32,000 nucleotides of DNA from Candidatus Saccharimonadota bacterium (GTDB lineage: Bacteria > Patescibacteriota > Saccharimonadia > Saccharimonadales > UBA4665). Both the position numbers and the translations under genes were made by a program. Below the pieces are notes generated by a model, which saw only the letters and a list, made by a program, of their open reading frames with translations, was not told the DNA's origin and ran no database searches. Shown here in pieces: positions 29,882-32,000 of the stretch. The stretch lies in the NCBI GenBank assembly GCA_016700375.1, contig CP065016.1, positions 990,001 to 1,022,000 on the forward strand, written 5' to 3'. Each line of letters begins with the position of its first letter. The stretch's first letter is position 1.

Positions 29882-31329
29882 GCCGCAGTTTGCTCCGGTA
29901 CGAGCCGGTCGGTGATGTTTATGTGGGTAATTTCCTTCGCGCGCTTTCCGATGGGTGTGGGGTATATGCCCGTAAAGCAACTAGCCGAAAAAAAGTGTTC
30001 GGGGAGGTCAGTTGCCTCTATCATGCCGTCGTAACTCAGGAAATACAGCGAGTCGGCACCCACGTATGCACGTATTTCTGGCACGGTCATTTCCGAGGCA
30101 ACGAGTTCTTTTTGTGTCGGAGTATTTATACCGTAGTAGTCGGGGTAGAGCACGGGTGGTGAGCTTATCATGAGGTGAACTTCAGTGGCGCCAGCGTCGC
30201 GAAGCATTTGCACGGTTTTACGCATGGTGGTACCGCGCACAATTGAGTCGTCCACCAGGACAACGCGTCGACCGGATATGGCATCTACCAGCGGGTTAAG
30301 TTTCATTTTGAGGTCGTGCTCGCGAAGTTCGGCCGTGGGGCGAATGAACGTGCGGTGTATGTAGCGGTTTTTTATAAGGTTCATTTCAAACGGTATACCG
30401 CTAGCTTCGGCGTAACCGAGTGCGGCAGGAATAGCCGAGTCTGGAACGGGGATAACAACATCTGCTGCCACCGGTGACTCGTGTGCCATGATACGTCCGA
30501 AATTCATTCGCACTTCATTGACACTTTTGCCGAGGATGATGCTATCGGGGCGTGCAAAGTAGACAAACTCGAAGATATCGAGCTTCTGTTCGCCTGGGAT
30601 TACCTGACGAGACTCAATACCATCTGTTGTGATGACAACCATTTCACCTGGGGCAATTTCGCGCTCTACGGTTGCTCCTATGGTGTCGAGGGCGCACGTC
30701 TCGCTAGCAACGATGTGGCTGCCATCTTCGAGTTTGCCGAGAGAAAGCGGCCGTATGCCGTGCTGGTCGCGGAAGGCAATTAGTGTATCTTGGTTCATGG
30801 CCACGGCCGAAAACACGCCAGTGAAGAGTGGGTAGCATGCGGCTATTGCATCGGGCAGCGACAGACCCTGTTCGAGCTGGCAGGCGATTGCCGCTGCCAT
30901 CATGCCGGAATCATTCAGCTTGCGCGTAGAGATATGGTGGCCCTTGAGGAACTCCTGAAGCTTGGTGGTGTCGGGGATGTTCCCGTTGTGCGCAAAGGCT
31001 AAGTCGTGCTTGTCGTCTAAGAATGGCTGGTTAAAACAGTCGTCGGTGCCACCAGAGGTAGAATAGCGGTTGTGACCGATGGCAATATGGCCAGGAAGCT
31101 TCACCAGGTCATCTTCGCGGTAGACAGTTGTCACGAGTCCAAAGTCACTGTGCAAGTGCAAGTTTTTGCCATCGCTGCTCGCTATACCCGAGCTTTCTTG
31201 CCCGCGATGTTGGAGTGCACATAGCCCATAAAACGACAAACGAGCCGCTTCTACTTCTGGGCTCGCTCCAAATATGCCAAAAACGGCACATTTTTCTTTT
31301 GGACGCATATAAGACTGGTTAATAACCAT
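29878..31329 (-). CDS. purF: Amidophosphoribosyltransferase
   Basis: The start was set at the ATG at 31329, behind SD GGAGGA. A short propeptide precedes the nucleophile Cys (KEKCAVFGIFG). The PRPP-binding block is VVLVDDSIVRGTT. Confidence 0.9.
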   Translation of the reverse strand: MVINQSYMRPKEKCAVFGIFGASPEVEAARLSFYGLCALQHRGQESSGIASSDGKNLHLHSDFGLVTTVYREDDLVKLPGHIAIGHNRYSTSGGTDDCFNQPFLDDKHDLAFAHNGNIPDTTKLQEFLKGHHISTRKLNDSGMMAAAIACQLEQGLSLPDAIAACYPLFTGVFSAVAMNQDTLIAFRDQHGIRPLSLGKLEDGSHIVASETCALDTIGATVEREIAPGEMVVITTDGIESRQVIPGEQKLDIFEFVYFARPDSIILGKSVNEVRMNFGRIMAHESPVAADVVIPVPDSAIPAALGYAEASGIPFEMNLIKNRYIHRTFIRPTAELREHDLKMKLNPLVDAISGRRVVLVDDSIVRGTTMRKTVQMLRDAGATEVHLMISSPPVLYPDYYGINTPTQKELVASEMTVPEIRAYVGADSLYFLSYDGMIEATDLPEHFFSASCFTGIYPTPIGKRAKEITHINITDRLVPEQTAA

Positions 31330-31442
31330 GTGTCGGAAATCCTCCGGGAGTAAACGCCAAACAGACAGCCCTACCATTATCTGTCCATTACATTCGCTCC
31401 GTACTTCCTATATAGTACCGCTTTTGTATAGTTGTACGCAAG

Positions 31443-32000
31443 CTACGGGAGGAGTTCGGGTTCTTGACAGAGGGTGATACCAAAGCGAGATTGGACGGCT
31501 TGGGTAATTTCATCGCGGAATTTCAGGAGGTCAGCGGTGCTTTTGGCGTGTTCGTTGACGAGTACAAGTGGTTGGGCGGGCCATGTTGCCATGCCAGTCC
31601 TGCTATCGTGCACGTCTTTGTAGCCCACTTGTTCAATCAGCCAGGCAGCGGGGATTTTGACGCCACCGCCTTCGCTTGGGTAGTTGGGCATGGTGGGGTA
31701 GGTTTCTATGAGTTCAATGAATGTTTTTCCGTCTACGATTGGGTTTGCGAAAAACGAGCCGTTATTTGCGACGAGCGCTGGGTCTGGTAGCTTGGTGCTG
31801 CGAATGTCAATGACGGCATCGCGAATGACCCTTGGGGTCACAGGCCCATTCACTGGGTGCTCGGCGAGGTACTTCTCGACAGCACTGTAGTAAGGCGGGA
31901 AGGGGTTTCCGGCTGTGAGGTGAAGTGTAATGGCAGTTATGAAAAACCGCTCGCGGTATTCGGTCTGAAACAGGCTATGGCGGTAGGAGAACCCGCAGGC
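31443..32000 (-). CDS. murB: UDP-N-acetylenolpyruvoylglucosamine reductase, C-terminal part (gene continues beyond the window)
   Basis: The reading frame is open to nt 32000; the listed start is an internal GTG. Hand translation upstream gives ...CGFSYRHSLFQTEYRERFFITAITLHL.... The C-terminal blocks KLPDPALVANNGSFFANP and KIPAAWLIEQVG match MurB. Confidence 0.8.
   Translation of the reverse strand, partial: ACGFSYRHSLFQTEYRERFFITAITLHLTAGNPFPPYYSAVEKYLAEHPVNGPVTPRVIRDAVIDIRSTKLPDPALVANNGSFFANPIVDGKTFIELIETYPTMPNYPSEGGGVKIPAAWLIEQVGYKDVHDSRTGMATWPAQPLVLVNEHAKSTADLLKFRDEITQAVQSRFGITLCQEPELLP

Noticed and set aside
1-32000. Alternative genetic code (UGA recoding), as in some candidate-phyla lineages.
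   Set aside because: TGA terminates several genes at positions that give full-length, collinear homologs (capB, capC-like, purF). No conserved protein requires read-through of a stop.

Overview
This is a chromosomal window from a sortase-bearing, Gram-positive-type bacterium. The hairpin-rich intergenic DNA, giant repeat protein and mix of leaderless and SD-led genes suggest a Patescibacteria/Saccharibacteria-like genome, but that is inference only. Standard genetic code: TGA stops and ATGA start/stop overlaps give full-length proteins.

Content, left to right:
- The last 4.9 kb of a giant repetitive surface protein, whose ORF is open to the window edge.
- An IS1/IS1595-like IS with perfect 21-bp TIRs and an 8-bp target duplication.
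- A ymdB-like phosphoesterase.
- An intact ISAzo13-family IS.
- Five tRNA genes: Pro-UGG, Pro-CGG, His-GUG, Arg-UCU, Gly-UCC.
- A translationally coupled capC-like/capB(pgsB)/CHAP-hydrolase operon (poly-gamma-glutamate-type).
- A YihY-family membrane protein, a LAGLIDADG-like ORF and a sortase.
- An XRE-HTH::MurA fusion.
- glyA with a metallothionein-like Cys-rich tail.
- argG-argH behind a T-box-like attenuator.
- purF-purN-purD and the 3' part of murB.

The most unusual signal is non-coding. Four of the five tRNA genes are followed by units made of a terminator hairpin, a structured module and a copy of that tRNA's own 3' end starting inside the T-loop. The His and Gly units occur as tandem pairs.

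The same three-hairpin module, with compensatory base changes, recurs at four locus types: upstream of tRNA-Pro, after tRNA-His, after tRNA-Gly, and as an orphan copy upstream of glyA. It appears to derive from tRNA-Pro. No integrase or reverse transcriptase is present in the window. I regard this as a candidate undescribed tRNA-derived mobile or structured-RNA family.

All homology statements come from motif recognition by eye. No database search was run.
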